From assembly GCA_023423415.1 (NCBI GenBank), contig JAFAFP010000158.1, positions 3,814-67,813 of the forward strand: a stretch of 64,000 nucleotides of DNA, read 5' to 3'. The first letter of the stretch is position 1; each line of letters starts with the position of its first letter. Below the pieces are notes generated by a model that worked only from the letters and a program-made list of their open reading frames with translations, was not told where the DNA came from and ran no database searches. Shown here one piece after another: positions 10,844 to 20,315 of this stretch. The DNA is from Pseudomonadota bacterium. GTDB taxonomy: Bacteria > Pseudomonadota > Alphaproteobacteria > Rhizobiales > Xanthobacteraceae. The translations under genes were made by a program, and so were the position numbers.

Positions 10844-11689
10844 TCAGGCGCTTGCCAGCGCTCCTTTCGGCTGCGGGCCGAACATGCCGCGCATTGTCTT
10901 CAGGTAGTGATCTTCTGAAGTCGTCCAACGCAGCTTAGCAAGAAGCTTCGTGTCGGCGCCGGCCGGATACCGGATCGCGCGACTCTCGTCGGTCGCAGCC
11001 GAGTACGTGGCTTCGGCAACCTCTGCCTCGGTACAGAAGGCAGTGGGATAGTTCGCCATGTTTGCAAAGCACGACTGGGCAAAAGAACCATAATCCGCAG
11101 AGATTAGGCCCTGAATGCGCGGTCCGGAATTGACGCTGAAATTCGTGGTCGGCGCGTAGCCCGGCTCCACCAGCCTCGCCTTGATGTTGAACGACTCCAG
11201 CTCATACGAGAGCGATTCCGTGAATCCCTCCACGGCACATTTGCTGGCGGTGTAGACCGCCACTAGCGGCATGACTCCGATCGTGGTGCTCGACGTGACG
11301 TTGATGATGGTGCCGTGACCCTGCTTGCGCATCTGCGGGATAATGGCGCGGCAGGTCGCAAGTACACCGAACGTGTTCGTTTCGAAGATTTCGCGCACGA
11401 TGGTGTCCGATGTCGCTTCGACAATCGACGCCAGACCGATCCCGGCATTGTTCACCAGCACATCGATGCCGCCAAAGGCGGCGATGCCATCAGCAATGGC
11501 CTTGTCGATGCTTCGGGCATCGGTGACGTCGAGCGGGAGCACCAGTAGCCGATTCGACGCTGTCACGAATACGCGCGGATCGGGCCGTCGCATCGTGGCG
11601 ATGACGTTCCAGCCATGATCGAGGAAGAGTTGGGCCATCGCCTTGCCGTAGCCCGACGACGTACCGGTGATGAGGATTGTCTTGGTCAT
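10844..11689 (-). CDS. Short-chain dehydrogenase/reductase
   Basis: TGTSSGYG, NNAG, YTASK. Confidence 0.92.
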   Translation of the reverse strand: MTKTILITGTSSGYGKAMAQLFLDHGWNVIATMRRPDPRVFVTASNRLLVLPLDVTDARSIDKAIADGIAAFGGIDVLVNNAGIGLASIVEATSDTIVREIFETNTFGVLATCRAIIPQMRKQGHGTIINVTSSTTIGVMPLVAVYTASKCAVEGFTESLSYELESFNIKARLVEPGYAPTTNFSVNSGPRIQGLISADYGSFAQSCFANMANYPTAFCTEAEVAEATYSAATDESRAIRYPAGADTKLLAKLRWTTSEDHYLKTMRGMFGPQPKGALASA

Positions 11690-11733
11690 TCAAGTCTCCA
11701 TGTTCGTGGTCAGAGAACAATAGACACCTGATC

Positions 11734-11758
11734 AGGATCATCTATAATTAATGATCCT
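11734..11758. promoter_or_regulatory. Inverted repeat, candidate operator in the divergent SDR/AraC promoter
   Basis: aggatcat-N9-atgatcct in an AT-rich intergenic region. Confidence 0.45.
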
Positions 11759-11781
11759 TATTTCTTTATTGATCGTCCAAG

Positions 11782-12705
11782 ATGGATCCCCTCAGCGACC
11801 TCATCGCCTTGCTCCGCCCCCACGCCGTCCTGTCGAAGCCGATCACCGGGCGGGGCCGCTGGGATGCACGCTATGCGTCTTATGGTCAGCCAGGCTTTGG
11901 CATCGTGCTCGCGGGGCAATGCTGGCTTGAGATCGATGGAGCTGGCCCGGTGCAACTCGCTTGCGGCGACTTTGTGCTGCTGCCGTCCACGCCTGCTTTT
12001 GCCATGTTCAGCCATCCGGATGTCGATCGCGTTCAGCGCCAGCCGTCGGATCAGGCCGTGCGCCATGGCGATCCGGACGGGGAGGCTGACTTTCAGATGT
12101 TCGGCGGAACCTTTCAGATCGAGCCGGTCAATGCACCGCTTCTGCTCGCTTTGCTACCGCGGGTGATTCACATCCATGCGGCGGAAGGACCGATCGCGGA
12201 TCGTCTGGGCCGTGTCATCGAGCTGATCCGCGAAGAATGCATCGCCGACAATCCTGGCCGGGACATAATCCTTGGGCGGCTTCTGGAAGTGATGCTGGTG
12301 GAGTGCCTGCGTTCGCGCGGTATCGGCGAGGACGCTGTTACGACGGGTTTGCTGGCAGGTATGCGGGATCAAGCACTGGCCGCGGCCCTGCGTGCAATTC
12401 ACGCTGACGTTCGCGCCGGATGGAGTGTGGCCACGCTTGCCAAGATCGCCGGCATGTCGAGATCGGCGTTTGCTGCTCGCTTCGGGCAGCGCCTTGGCTG
12501 TGCGCCGATGGAGTATGTTGTGCGCTGGCGTATGGCATTGGCTCAGGATGCGTTGAGCCGTGGCAGCAAGCCGCTCGATCGCCTTGCCGAAGAGATCGGC
12601 TACGAGTCTGCAAGCGCCTTCAGCACTGCTTTTCGCCGACGGGTTGGCTGTGCGCCCGGGGCGTTCGCACGCTCGCTTCGAAACAGTGATGCCGTGCCGT
12701 CCTGA
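11782..12705 (+). CDS. AraC-family transcriptional regulator with N-terminal cupin domain
   Basis: MDPLSDL start; C-terminal double HTH AGMSRSAFAARF...IGYESASAFSTAFRR. Confidence 0.92.
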   Translation: MDPLSDLIALLRPHAVLSKPITGRGRWDARYASYGQPGFGIVLAGQCWLEIDGAGPVQLACGDFVLLPSTPAFAMFSHPDVDRVQRQPSDQAVRHGDPDGEADFQMFGGTFQIEPVNAPLLLALLPRVIHIHAAEGPIADRLGRVIELIREECIADNPGRDIILGRLLEVMLVECLRSRGIGEDAVTTGLLAGMRDQALAAALRAIHADVRAGWSVATLAKIAGMSRSAFAARFGQRLGCAPMEYVVRWRMALAQDALSRGSKPLDRLAEEIGYESASAFSTAFRRRVGCAPGAFARSLRNSDAVPS

Positions 12706-12748
12706 GCTGCCTCAGAGTCGTTCCGCTATCTGCTTGTGTAGTGACAAC

Positions 12749-12780
12749 AAAAAAAGGCCGCTCGTGAGAGCGGCCCTTTT
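12749..12780. terminator. Bidirectional intrinsic terminator (AraC / rpsD)
   Basis: aaaaaaaggccgctc-gtga-gagcggccctttt. Confidence 0.85.
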
Positions 12781-12803
12781 GTATTCGCAGATTTTGCGCC
12801 GGA

Positions 12804-13421
12804 TCAGCGCGAATAGAATTCGACCACGAGGTTCGGTTCCATCTGGACCGGGTAGGGCACTTCCGACAGGTTCGGAACGCGTACGTATTTTGCGGTCTTC
12901 TTGCCGTGGTCGGCCTCGATGTAGTCCGGCACGTCGCGCTCGGCGAGCGATACGGCTTCAAGCACGAGTGGCATTTCCTTCGACTTGTCCTTCACCTCGA
13001 TCACATCGCCGACCTTCACCTGGTAGCTCGGGATGTTCACGCGACGGCCATTCACCTTGATGTGGCCGTGGTTCACGAACTGACGGGCCGCGAAAATCGT
13101 CGGCACGAACTTGGCGCGATAGACGACGGCGTCGAGACGGCGCTCGAGCAGGCCGATCAGGTTCTCGCCGGAGTCGCCGCGCAGACGAACTGCTTCGGTA
13201 TAGATGGCGTGGAACTGCTTTTCGGAGATGTCGCCGTAATAGCCCTTCAGCTTCTGCTTGGCACGGAGCTGTACGCCATAGTCGGAAAGCTTGCCCTTGC
13301 GGCGCTGACCGTGCTGGCCGGGGCCGTATTCACGCCGGTTGACCGGGCTCTTGGGGCGGCCCCAGACGTTCTCACCCATACGGCGGTCGAGTTTGTACTT
13401 GGCTTCACTGCGCTTGGTCAT
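12804..13421 (-). CDS. rpsD: 30S ribosomal protein S4
   Basis: [42 protein letters not shown]; start ATG 13421. Confidence 0.97.
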   Translation of the reverse strand: MTKRSEAKYKLDRRMGENVWGRPKSPVNRREYGPGQHGQRRKGKLSDYGVQLRAKQKLKGYYGDISEKQFHAIYTEAVRLRGDSGENLIGLLERRLDAVVYRAKFVPTIFAARQFVNHGHIKVNGRRVNIPSYQVKVGDVIEVKDKSKEMPLVLEAVSLAERDVPDYIEADHGKKTAKYVRVPNLSEVPYPVQMEPNLVVEFYSR

Positions 13422-13579
13422 CGCGTCCTCTTGAAATTGACCTAAGTTGAGGAAACGCGCCCTCCTCTGTGCCAGGGGAAAACCCCCGGAACTGACAGGA
13501 TCCTGGCCAAAGCGAATGGCCGGACCCACGGGTCGCGAAACGCGGAACGGGCCCGCAAACGGGCCCGAACCGTGGCGGT

Positions 13580-13608
13580 CTTTTAGGGGCTCGGCCCTAA
13601 TATGTCAA
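13580..13608 (-). promoter_or_regulatory. Candidate sigma70 promoter of rpsD
   Basis: Minus strand TTGACA-N17-TAAAAG, about 150 nt upstream of rpsD, overlapping the murI stop codon. Confidence 0.55.
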
Positions 13609-14405
13609 ACAGTTGAGGCCTTACGGAACCCGAACGGCACAAGGCCCGCGGCGAGGTTCTCGCCAGGCTTGCGGCCGGACGTCAGAACGAAAGCTGGAGC
13701 CCGGTCGGACATGCCGGCGGAGTTCGGCCCCACCAGCGCAACCACGCGCTTGGCGATGGCCGGAGCGGGATCGAGCCAGGTGACTGGCCAGGGTGACAGC
13801 CGGTTCAATCGTTCGAGCAGCAGCGGGTAGTGCGTGCAGGCAAGGACGATCGTGTCGGTCCGCGCACCATCCTGTTCAAGGAAGCAGGGCATGATCTCTT
13901 CGGCGATGTCGTCATCATCGACGTCTTCACCGTGCAGGAGGGCCTCGGCCAATACCGCCAGCCGCCTCGATCCGATCAGCGTGACCGCACAGCCCTGGCC
14001 GAAATCGCGGATCAGTGCCTTGGTGTATTCGCGCGCCACCGTGGCTTCGGTCCCCAGCACTGACACCAGACGTGTTTGCGAAGCGGCACAGGCCGGCTTG
14101 ATGGCAGGGACGGTGCCGACGAATGGCACGTCGAATCGCTCGCGTAATGCGACAAGCACGAGCGTCGATGCGGTGTTGCAGGCGATGACGATCAGATCGG
14201 GGCGATGCGCTTCGATCAGCGCCGCCATCACCGCAACAACGCGTGCGGTCAGTTCTGCTTCCGACAAACGCCCGTAGGGAAAGGCTTCGTCATCGGCCGC
14301 ATAGATGAAGCGCGCGTCCGGCCGCAGCTTGACGATTTCACGGAAGACGGTGAGGCCGCCGAGACCGGAATCAAACACAAGAATGGTGGGAGAGGCTGCG
14401 GACAT
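13605..14405 (-). CDS. murI: Glutamate racemase
   Basis: FDSGLGGLTV, PYG, IACNTAS, LACTHYP. Confidence 0.96.
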   Translation of the reverse strand: MSAASPTILVFDSGLGGLTVFREIVKLRPDARFIYAADDEAFPYGRLSEAELTARVVAVMAALIEAHRPDLIVIACNTASTLVLVALRERFDVPFVGTVPAIKPACAASQTRLVSVLGTEATVAREYTKALIRDFGQGCAVTLIGSRRLAVLAEALLHGEDVDDDDIAEEIMPCFLEQDGARTDTIVLACTHYPLLLERLNRLSPWPVTWLDPAPAIAKRVVALVGPNSAGMSDRAPAFVLTSGRKPGENLAAGLVPFGFRKASTV

Positions 14406-14426
14406 TTCTTGCTGTGAGCGATGTGA

Positions 14427-15233
14427 CTATGTCCCAACTCGCATTGGCGCACCGAGCTTGCGCAAGGTCGCCAGTACCGAGAGGGCGACGATCCGCCCGG
14501 TTTTCGGATTCTCGGACGGCACGTTCTCGATCGACAAGGTGAAGCGCGCGGAATCGGCCTCGACCTCGATCGTGTGACAATTGCGGGTGACGGCCGGATC
14601 GGCCCAGATATCGATTTGCGTGCGGTCGGGGCCGATGCCGGCGAGCGACAAGGCGGCGGCGACATTGACGTTGGCGGGGAAGCCTGCGGCTGCATCGCGG
14701 GCGCTGCCGGAGAACACGCGCTTGGCTTCGGTCAGGCCTTCGACCGAGATGCCGTTCTTCTCAAGATAGGGGGCGCCCTTCAGTCCGACCGGCGGCTTGC
14801 GGGTGGTCATGCGCACCGACTTGACGTCGCCTTCGGCTGCGGCGGCCACAGCGTCGAGGCCGAGCAGGGCGCCGGTCGGCACGATGATGGTTCCGCCCTT
14901 GGCCTTGGCGAGTTCGGTCAGGTCAGGGCGTGGCAGCAGGGCGCCGCAGCTCAGCACGATCACCGATTTACCCGCCTCCAGCATCGGCCGGCAGATCTGG
15001 TCAAGCAGGGCTGACGGAGCGCATTCCACGGCGACGTCGGCGTGGACCGGAAAATCCTTCAGATCGACGATCGGCGCCTTGATCCCCTCGCTGTCCAGCC
15101 AGGCTTGCGCTTTCGCCGTGTCACCGGCTGCGACACAGGCGAGTGAAAGGCCCGGAATCCCGTCGGTCAGCTTGCGCGCCAGCGTTCGCCCAATAGCCCC
15201 GAGCCCGGCAATTGCGATCCGAATATCCGCCAT
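14427..15233 (-). CDS. nadX: L-aspartate dehydrogenase family protein
   Basis: GLGAIG, PTGALLGLD, FPANVNVAA, NCH, NPKTG. Confidence 0.85.
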   Translation of the reverse strand: MADIRIAIAGLGAIGRTLARKLTDGIPGLSLACVAAGDTAKAQAWLDSEGIKAPIVDLKDFPVHADVAVECAPSALLDQICRPMLEAGKSVIVLSCGALLPRPDLTELAKAKGGTIIVPTGALLGLDAVAAAAEGDVKSVRMTTRKPPVGLKGAPYLEKNGISVEGLTEAKRVFSGSARDAAAGFPANVNVAAALSLAGIGPDRTQIDIWADPAVTRNCHTIEVEADSARFTLSIENVPSENPKTGRIVALSVLATLRKLGAPMRVGT

Positions 15234-15351
15234 TCCAGCCAATCTCCTGTGCAGGGCGGTGGTTTACGTGTGCGACGGTTGGTTCACAAGGTCCGGCTTG
15301 ACCGGGCCAATCACGCAGGCAAAGTGAAACGGGGAATAAGGGAGACGCCCA

Positions 15352-16329
15352 ATGTATAAAACAAAATTATTGGCCGTACTGGCCGGACTCTTGACGCTGA
15401 CCGGCGCCGCCACGGCACAGGACTACCCGAACCGACCCCTGACCATGATTATCCCGTTCGCCGCGGGCGGCCCCACCGACGTGCTGGGTCGCGTATTGGG
15501 AGCGAGGATGAGCGAAATCCTCGGTCAGCAGGTTGTGATCGAAAACGTGGGAGGAGCCGGCGGTCAGACCGGTTCCAAGCGTGTGGCGGACAGCAAGCCC
15601 GACGGTTACACCTTCCTGCTCGGCACAGTCGGCACGCATGCGCAGGGACAAACCCTCTACAAGAAGCCGCAATATAATTCGCTGGCCGATTTCACGCCGG
15701 TGATCCTGGTTGCCGACGTGCCGATCGCGCTGATCGCGCGCAAGGATTTCCCGGCCAACAACCTGAAGGATTTCATCGCCTATTCGAAGGCGAATGCCAG
15801 CAAGATGACCTATGGCTCGGCTGGTGCAGGCTCGGCGACGCATCTTGGCTGTGTCGTCGCCAACATGGTGATGGACACCAACATCGTGCATGTGCCCTAC
15901 AAGGGCACTGGGCCGGCGATGCAGGATCTGCAGGGCGGACGCATCGACTTCCTGTGCGAGATCGTCTCGACCGCTAAACCGCAGATCGATGGCGGCACGG
16001 TCAAGGCGATTGCGATCATGACCAAGGATCGCTCGCCGGCCTTGCCGAATGTTCCGACCGCCGAAGAGCAGGGCACGAAAGGCATGGAAGCCTATACCTG
16101 GAACGCCCTGTATCTGCCGAAGGGCACGCCGCCGGCGGTCGTCAAAAAGCTGGCCGATGCCGCCAATCAGGCAATGAATACGCCGGCTGTGAAGGAACGG
16201 CTGGCGGGCTTGGGTGCAGTCGTCGTTTCGCCGGATCGCCGGTCGCCCGAATATCTGGCCAAATTCACCAAGGATGAAATCGAGAAATGGGCCGCACCAA
16301 TCAAACAGAGTGGCGCGCAACTCGATTAG
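15352..16329 (+). CDS. Tripartite tricarboxylate transporter substrate-binding protein (TctC/Bug)
   Basis: Signal peptide, PFAAGGPTD, ENVGGAGG, HVPYKG. Confidence 0.92.
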   Translation: MYKTKLLAVLAGLLTLTGAATAQDYPNRPLTMIIPFAAGGPTDVLGRVLGARMSEILGQQVVIENVGGAGGQTGSKRVADSKPDGYTFLLGTVGTHAQGQTLYKKPQYNSLADFTPVILVADVPIALIARKDFPANNLKDFIAYSKANASKMTYGSAGAGSATHLGCVVANMVMDTNIVHVPYKGTGPAMQDLQGGRIDFLCEIVSTAKPQIDGGTVKAIAIMTKDRSPALPNVPTAEEQGTKGMEAYTWNALYLPKGTPPAVVKKLADAANQAMNTPAVKERLAGLGAVVVSPDRRSPEYLAKFTKDEIEKWAAPIKQSGAQLD

Positions 16330-16431
16330 TTTAGACTGCTGAGATTCGGCGGCGGACTTCGGTCCGTCGCCGTTGTGTTGCGATACGGGTTTCGCGGGGC
16401 CAGGAAGGCCTTCGTGAAGGAGTGGGGGACT

Positions 16432-16800
16432 ATGAGCTTAGGTCGCGTGTTGATCGTCGAGGACGAGGTGTTGATCCGCATGCTGGCGGTCGACATGCTG
16501 CTCGATCTTGGCCACGAGGCGGATGAAGCGGGCACGGCCGGCGAGGCGCTGGAAATGCTCCGCGCGCCCGGTGCTGCGTATGGATTGGTGTTGCTCGATC
16601 TCGGCTTGCCGGACAAGCGCGGCGACGATCTGGTGCGGGAGATCCGGCAATCGCATGCTGATCTGCCGCTGCTGGTCGCCAGCGGCGAAGACCAAAGCGA
16701 AGTGAAAGCCAGGCTGCAAGAATTTGCGCCGATCGGATTTCTCGGCAAGCCGTTCGATATGGACGGAATGAAAGCGACGATCGATCGTCTGACGCGGTGA
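16432..16800 (+). CDS. Single-domain response regulator (CheY-like receiver)
   Basis: VLIVEDE, LLDLGLPD, GKPF; SD-like GGAG before ATG 16432. Confidence 0.88.
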   Translation: MSLGRVLIVEDEVLIRMLAVDMLLDLGHEADEAGTAGEALEMLRAPGAAYGLVLLDLGLPDKRGDDLVREIRQSHADLPLLVASGEDQSEVKARLQEFAPIGFLGKPFDMDGMKATIDRLTR

Positions 16801-16803
16801 CGC

Positions 16804-16926
16804 TCAGGTCACTCCGGTCAGGGTGACCAGCACGACGACGGTTGCTGCGAACAGCGACGCAACGACCGCCAGTGTCAGATGGCGATCGTCCTGCTGGTCA
16901 ATGAGCGGCCGTGAGAACGGCACCAT
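16804..16926 (-). CDS. Putative 40-aa single-pass membrane protein (not in ORF track)
   Basis: ATG...TGA ORF MVPFSRPLIDQQDDRHLTLAVVASLFAATVVVLVTLTGVT with GAGG upstream. Confidence 0.5.
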   Translation of the reverse strand: MVPFSRPLIDQQDDRHLTLAVVASLFAATVVVLVTLTGVT

Positions 16927-17043
16927 GGCGAGACCTCGTTGCGATCAAGTCAGGCCATGAATCGCGATTCTGCCCTGTGAGGGCGAGTCATTTATCTTCT
17001 GCCACACCCTTGACTCGCAAACCACGACTCGGGCGCGGGTCGA

Positions 17044-18249
17044 TCAGCGGATATTTTCCGCCACCGCAAAGCCCAACTCCTTCAAGCCTTGCTTGGCGCG
17101 CGCTGTCGCCTGACCGGAAATCCGCAGTTCGGCGCGGCCAAAGCCCCGCCGACGGATTTCGCCTGCAGCATTGCTCATCGCCTTGCGCGTGCTTTCGGTC
17201 CAGGACATGGCATCGACCGGCCAGATGCCGATCACGCCGTTGCGCGTCTGGTTGAACGGGAATTCGCCGAGCGAGACGTAACTCGTGACGGCGCCAGTCT
17301 TCAGGTGGAAATCGGCGACCATCTCGGTATAGCGACGATTGAACACTGCAGCGTCGCGGCGGTTGACGACGGTGGCGCGGCGCAGGAAGTCGTCGCGGCC
17401 GGCCGCCGGGACGATGTCGAGCGAGGCCACCATCGAAGTCATGTCGAGAGGCGTGTAATTGCGGTTGGCGAGGAGCGCATCGGCGCTCGCGCGATCGAGA
17501 CCCATGGCCATCATCTTCTGACGGTTGAGGTCCATCAGTTGCGCAGCGGATTGGTCGCGCATGGCATCGGCAACGCCGCTCGCTGTCGCCGTGTTGGAAA
17601 TCACAAGGCCAACGGCACCGGGAATCGCCATCATGGCGCCGGAGACGACCAGACCGCCCGCCGCAGCGGCTTGGGAAATCTTTTGCAGGCGCAATTGCAG
17701 CGGTTCGTAATCAGTGTACGGATCGACTCCGAGCCGCGCAGCGAGTTCACGGCGCTTCTGGTCCGCGCCGAAGCCGCCAAATGCCTGATCCTGCGACTTT
17801 CCGGCATTGTTCATGCCGGAGCCGATCTGGCTCATCTGATTGCCGATGCCGGCCAGCGTGTTGCCGATCGCCTGGACCGGATTGACGAGGAGCTCGCCAG
17901 CGAACTTCACTGGCGCAAGCCCAGCCTGACCGAGTGCATTGTTGAACGCTTCGGACTCGCTCAGCTTGTCCAGCTCGGCAACAGCGGCGAGTTCACGGCT
18001 GCGCATCTGCATCATCGCGTCGCTGACAACCCGGAAGTCGCCGTAAGGTGAGCGCACCGAATAGACGCGGAGAAAGCCATCGCTGCGGACCGGATTGGCG
18101 ATGGTGTAGTTCGGTCCGGCGGCACGGATGCCCGATATTCTGTTTGGATCGAATGACGCCGGGCGTTCAGTCTCGGCAGCAAAAGCACAAGAAGAGATGA
18201 CCAGCCCTGCCGTCATGGCGAGGCTGGAAGTCGCGGTCAGAAGACGCAT
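17044..18249 (-). CDS. Hypothetical secreted protein
   Basis: 401-aa ORF with signal-like N-terminus and typical codon usage; no motif recognised. Confidence 0.7.
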   Translation of the reverse strand: MRLLTATSSLAMTAGLVISSCAFAAETERPASFDPNRISGIRAAGPNYTIANPVRSDGFLRVYSVRSPYGDFRVVSDAMMQMRSRELAAVAELDKLSESEAFNNALGQAGLAPVKFAGELLVNPVQAIGNTLAGIGNQMSQIGSGMNNAGKSQDQAFGGFGADQKRRELAARLGVDPYTDYEPLQLRLQKISQAAAAGGLVVSGAMMAIPGAVGLVISNTATASGVADAMRDQSAAQLMDLNRQKMMAMGLDRASADALLANRNYTPLDMTSMVASLDIVPAAGRDDFLRRATVVNRRDAAVFNRRYTEMVADFHLKTGAVTSYVSLGEFPFNQTRNGVIGIWPVDAMSWTESTRKAMSNAAGEIRRRGFGRAELRISGQATARAKQGLKELGFAVAENIR

Positions 18250-18502
18250 CGAACCCCCCAGCGATCTAAGCGGCGGGCATTTGACAGGGATTGGGTTACC
18301 GCCGCAAGCGGCTACTCACAGTCATCCGCTCACGATGTCGGGACAGTTTTCTGCTGTTCGATCAGACTTTTGTCAGTTGCTTTTGGACCGGCAGCGGGCG
18401 GCCAATCGCTATGCTTGGAACTGCCGCCTCGGCGCGGCGTTAAAGGGGCACGTCCATTCAACCTGCCTTCCCAACAATTGCACGCTACCGAAGGAGGCGA
18501 CC

Positions 18503-19021
18503 ATGCGGGTCGTGCTTGCAGTCGCGGGTATTTCGATGCTGCTTCATCCGGCGTTCGCTCAACAGTCGCTTGATACGCAAACCGTCGTTGTTGGTCCTTG
18601 GACGATCGCAACGACGTACAAGGCCGACAAGTTCGAGAATTGCACGATGGCGCGAACGACGACAGGATTTGGCATTGCCTTCGTACGCAATCCGGATGGT
18701 CTGTTGCTGGCGGTCGATTCAGCGAAGTGGAAGCTGGAACGCGGCAAGGCTTATTCGATCAAACTGTCGGCAGGGCCGCAGACGGTCGATGCCAAGGCGC
18801 TGGCCGAATCCAAGTCAGTGACCATTGCCCTTGCGGACCGTTCGTTCAATGAACGGCTGAGAAGTGCAAACACGCTCGAAGTGCGAGGCGAAGGTGCGAC
18901 GCTTCGCCTGCCGCTGGACGGGAGCGCGGCGGGACTTGAACGCCTCGATCAGTGTTTCGACAAGAACTCCAAGGAAAGCCCGGAGGTCAATCCGTTCGTG
19001 ACTCCCGGCAGGAAGCCCTGA
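18503..19021 (+). CDS. Hypothetical secreted protein
   Basis: AAGGAGG SD before ATG 18503; signal peptide ...PAFA-Q; two Cys. Confidence 0.75.
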   Translation: MRVVLAVAGISMLLHPAFAQQSLDTQTVVVGPWTIATTYKADKFENCTMARTTTGFGIAFVRNPDGLLLAVDSAKWKLERGKAYSIKLSAGPQTVDAKALAESKSVTIALADRSFNERLRSANTLEVRGEGATLRLPLDGSAAGLERLDQCFDKNSKESPEVNPFVTPGRKP

Positions 19022-19034
19022 ACGTGAGGCACGA

Positions 19035-20246
19035 CTAGCTGCCGACCTTGTTGTAGCCGGAGCTGATATCCGCGATCTCGTCGTCGGACAAGCCGGCCTC
19101 CCGCAGCAATTCTTCGGTGTGTTCACCAAGCGGCGGCGCAAGATGACGGACCGATGGCGAAGAGCCTGACCATGAGCCAGGCACCTGCGTCACACGCAGC
19201 CGCCCTTCGGTCGGATGCTCTACCGTTCGAAAGAACCCGGATTCGTTGAGATGCGGATCGTCGAGCAGGCTTTCGATGCTGTTCAACGGCATCACCGGAA
19301 TGTCGGCGGCATCGAGCAATGCGACCCAGTCGGCGGTGGTGCGGGTTTTCATCGTATCAGAGACGAATTGATAGACCTCGTCGATATGCTTGGCGCGATT
19401 GCCATGCGTCGAGAAACGAGGATCCTGCAGCAGGTCTTCGCGATCGATGGCCCGGAAAAAGTTTTTCCAGTGCTGGTCGGTGTAGACGAGCGCGCAGACA
19501 TATCCGTCCTTCGTTGCGTAGGGACGGCGATGTTTCGAGACGAGACGCGGATAATATTGCGGCCCTTCGGGCGGATCGAAGGTCAGTCCGGCGAGGTGGT
19601 CGCCGAGCAAATATTCGGCGAAAACTTCGAACATCGGGATTTCGATTGCCTGGCCTTCGCCGGTCCGTTCGCGATGAAAGAGCGCGGCGGAAATCGCGTT
19701 CGCGAGATAGAGGCCAACGGTGCGGTCGGCGATGGCGATCGGCATGTAACGCGGTTCGCCGCCCCAGGCGTCGCGCGGGATCGCCGCGATGCCGGTCAGC
19801 CCCTGAATGAGATCGTCGTAGGCGGGCTTGCCCGCGTAGCGGCCACCAGCGCCGTAGCCCGTGGCGCTGGCATAAACGATGCGCGGATTGACGGTGCGGA
19901 TATCGTCATAGCCAAGGCCGAGCCGCGCCATCGCCGCCGGCCGCACATTGCTGACGAATACGTCGGCGGTCGCAGCCAGCTTGCGCAGGGCGTCGCGCGC
20001 CTTCGGCTGTTTCAGGTCGAGCGCGATGCTGCGCTTGTTTCGATTGAGGTTGAGATAGATGTGGCCCATGCCCGGATTTCGCATGGGACCGACATGGCGC
20101 ATGATGTCGCCGGAGGGCGCCTCCACCTTGATCACGTCGGCGCCGAAGTCGGCGAGAATCTGCGTCGCGTATGGGCCGAGGATCACGCTGGTCAGGTCGA
20201 TGATGCGGATGCCGGCGAGGGGGCCGGTTGGCTTGCTGTCAGTCAT
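19035..20246 (-). CDS. CaiB/BaiF family (class III) CoA-transferase
   Basis: GPLAGIRIIDLT, LADFGADVIKVE, NRNKRSIALDL, AYDDLIQ. Confidence 0.93.
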   Translation of the reverse strand: MTDSKPTGPLAGIRIIDLTSVILGPYATQILADFGADVIKVEAPSGDIMRHVGPMRNPGMGHIYLNLNRNKRSIALDLKQPKARDALRKLAATADVFVSNVRPAAMARLGLGYDDIRTVNPRIVYASATGYGAGGRYAGKPAYDDLIQGLTGIAAIPRDAWGGEPRYMPIAIADRTVGLYLANAISAALFHRERTGEGQAIEIPMFEVFAEYLLGDHLAGLTFDPPEGPQYYPRLVSKHRRPYATKDGYVCALVYTDQHWKNFFRAIDREDLLQDPRFSTHGNRAKHIDEVYQFVSDTMKTRTTADWVALLDAADIPVMPLNSIESLLDDPHLNESGFFRTVEHPTEGRLRVTQVPGSWSGSSPSVRHLAPPLGEHTEELLREAGLSDDEIADISSGYNKVGS

Positions 20247-20315
20247 GCCGCAGCATTAGCGTGACAGGCATTGTTGCCGCAAACCGAATCGAAACGCTAT
20301 TGCCGCTTCGCCGGT

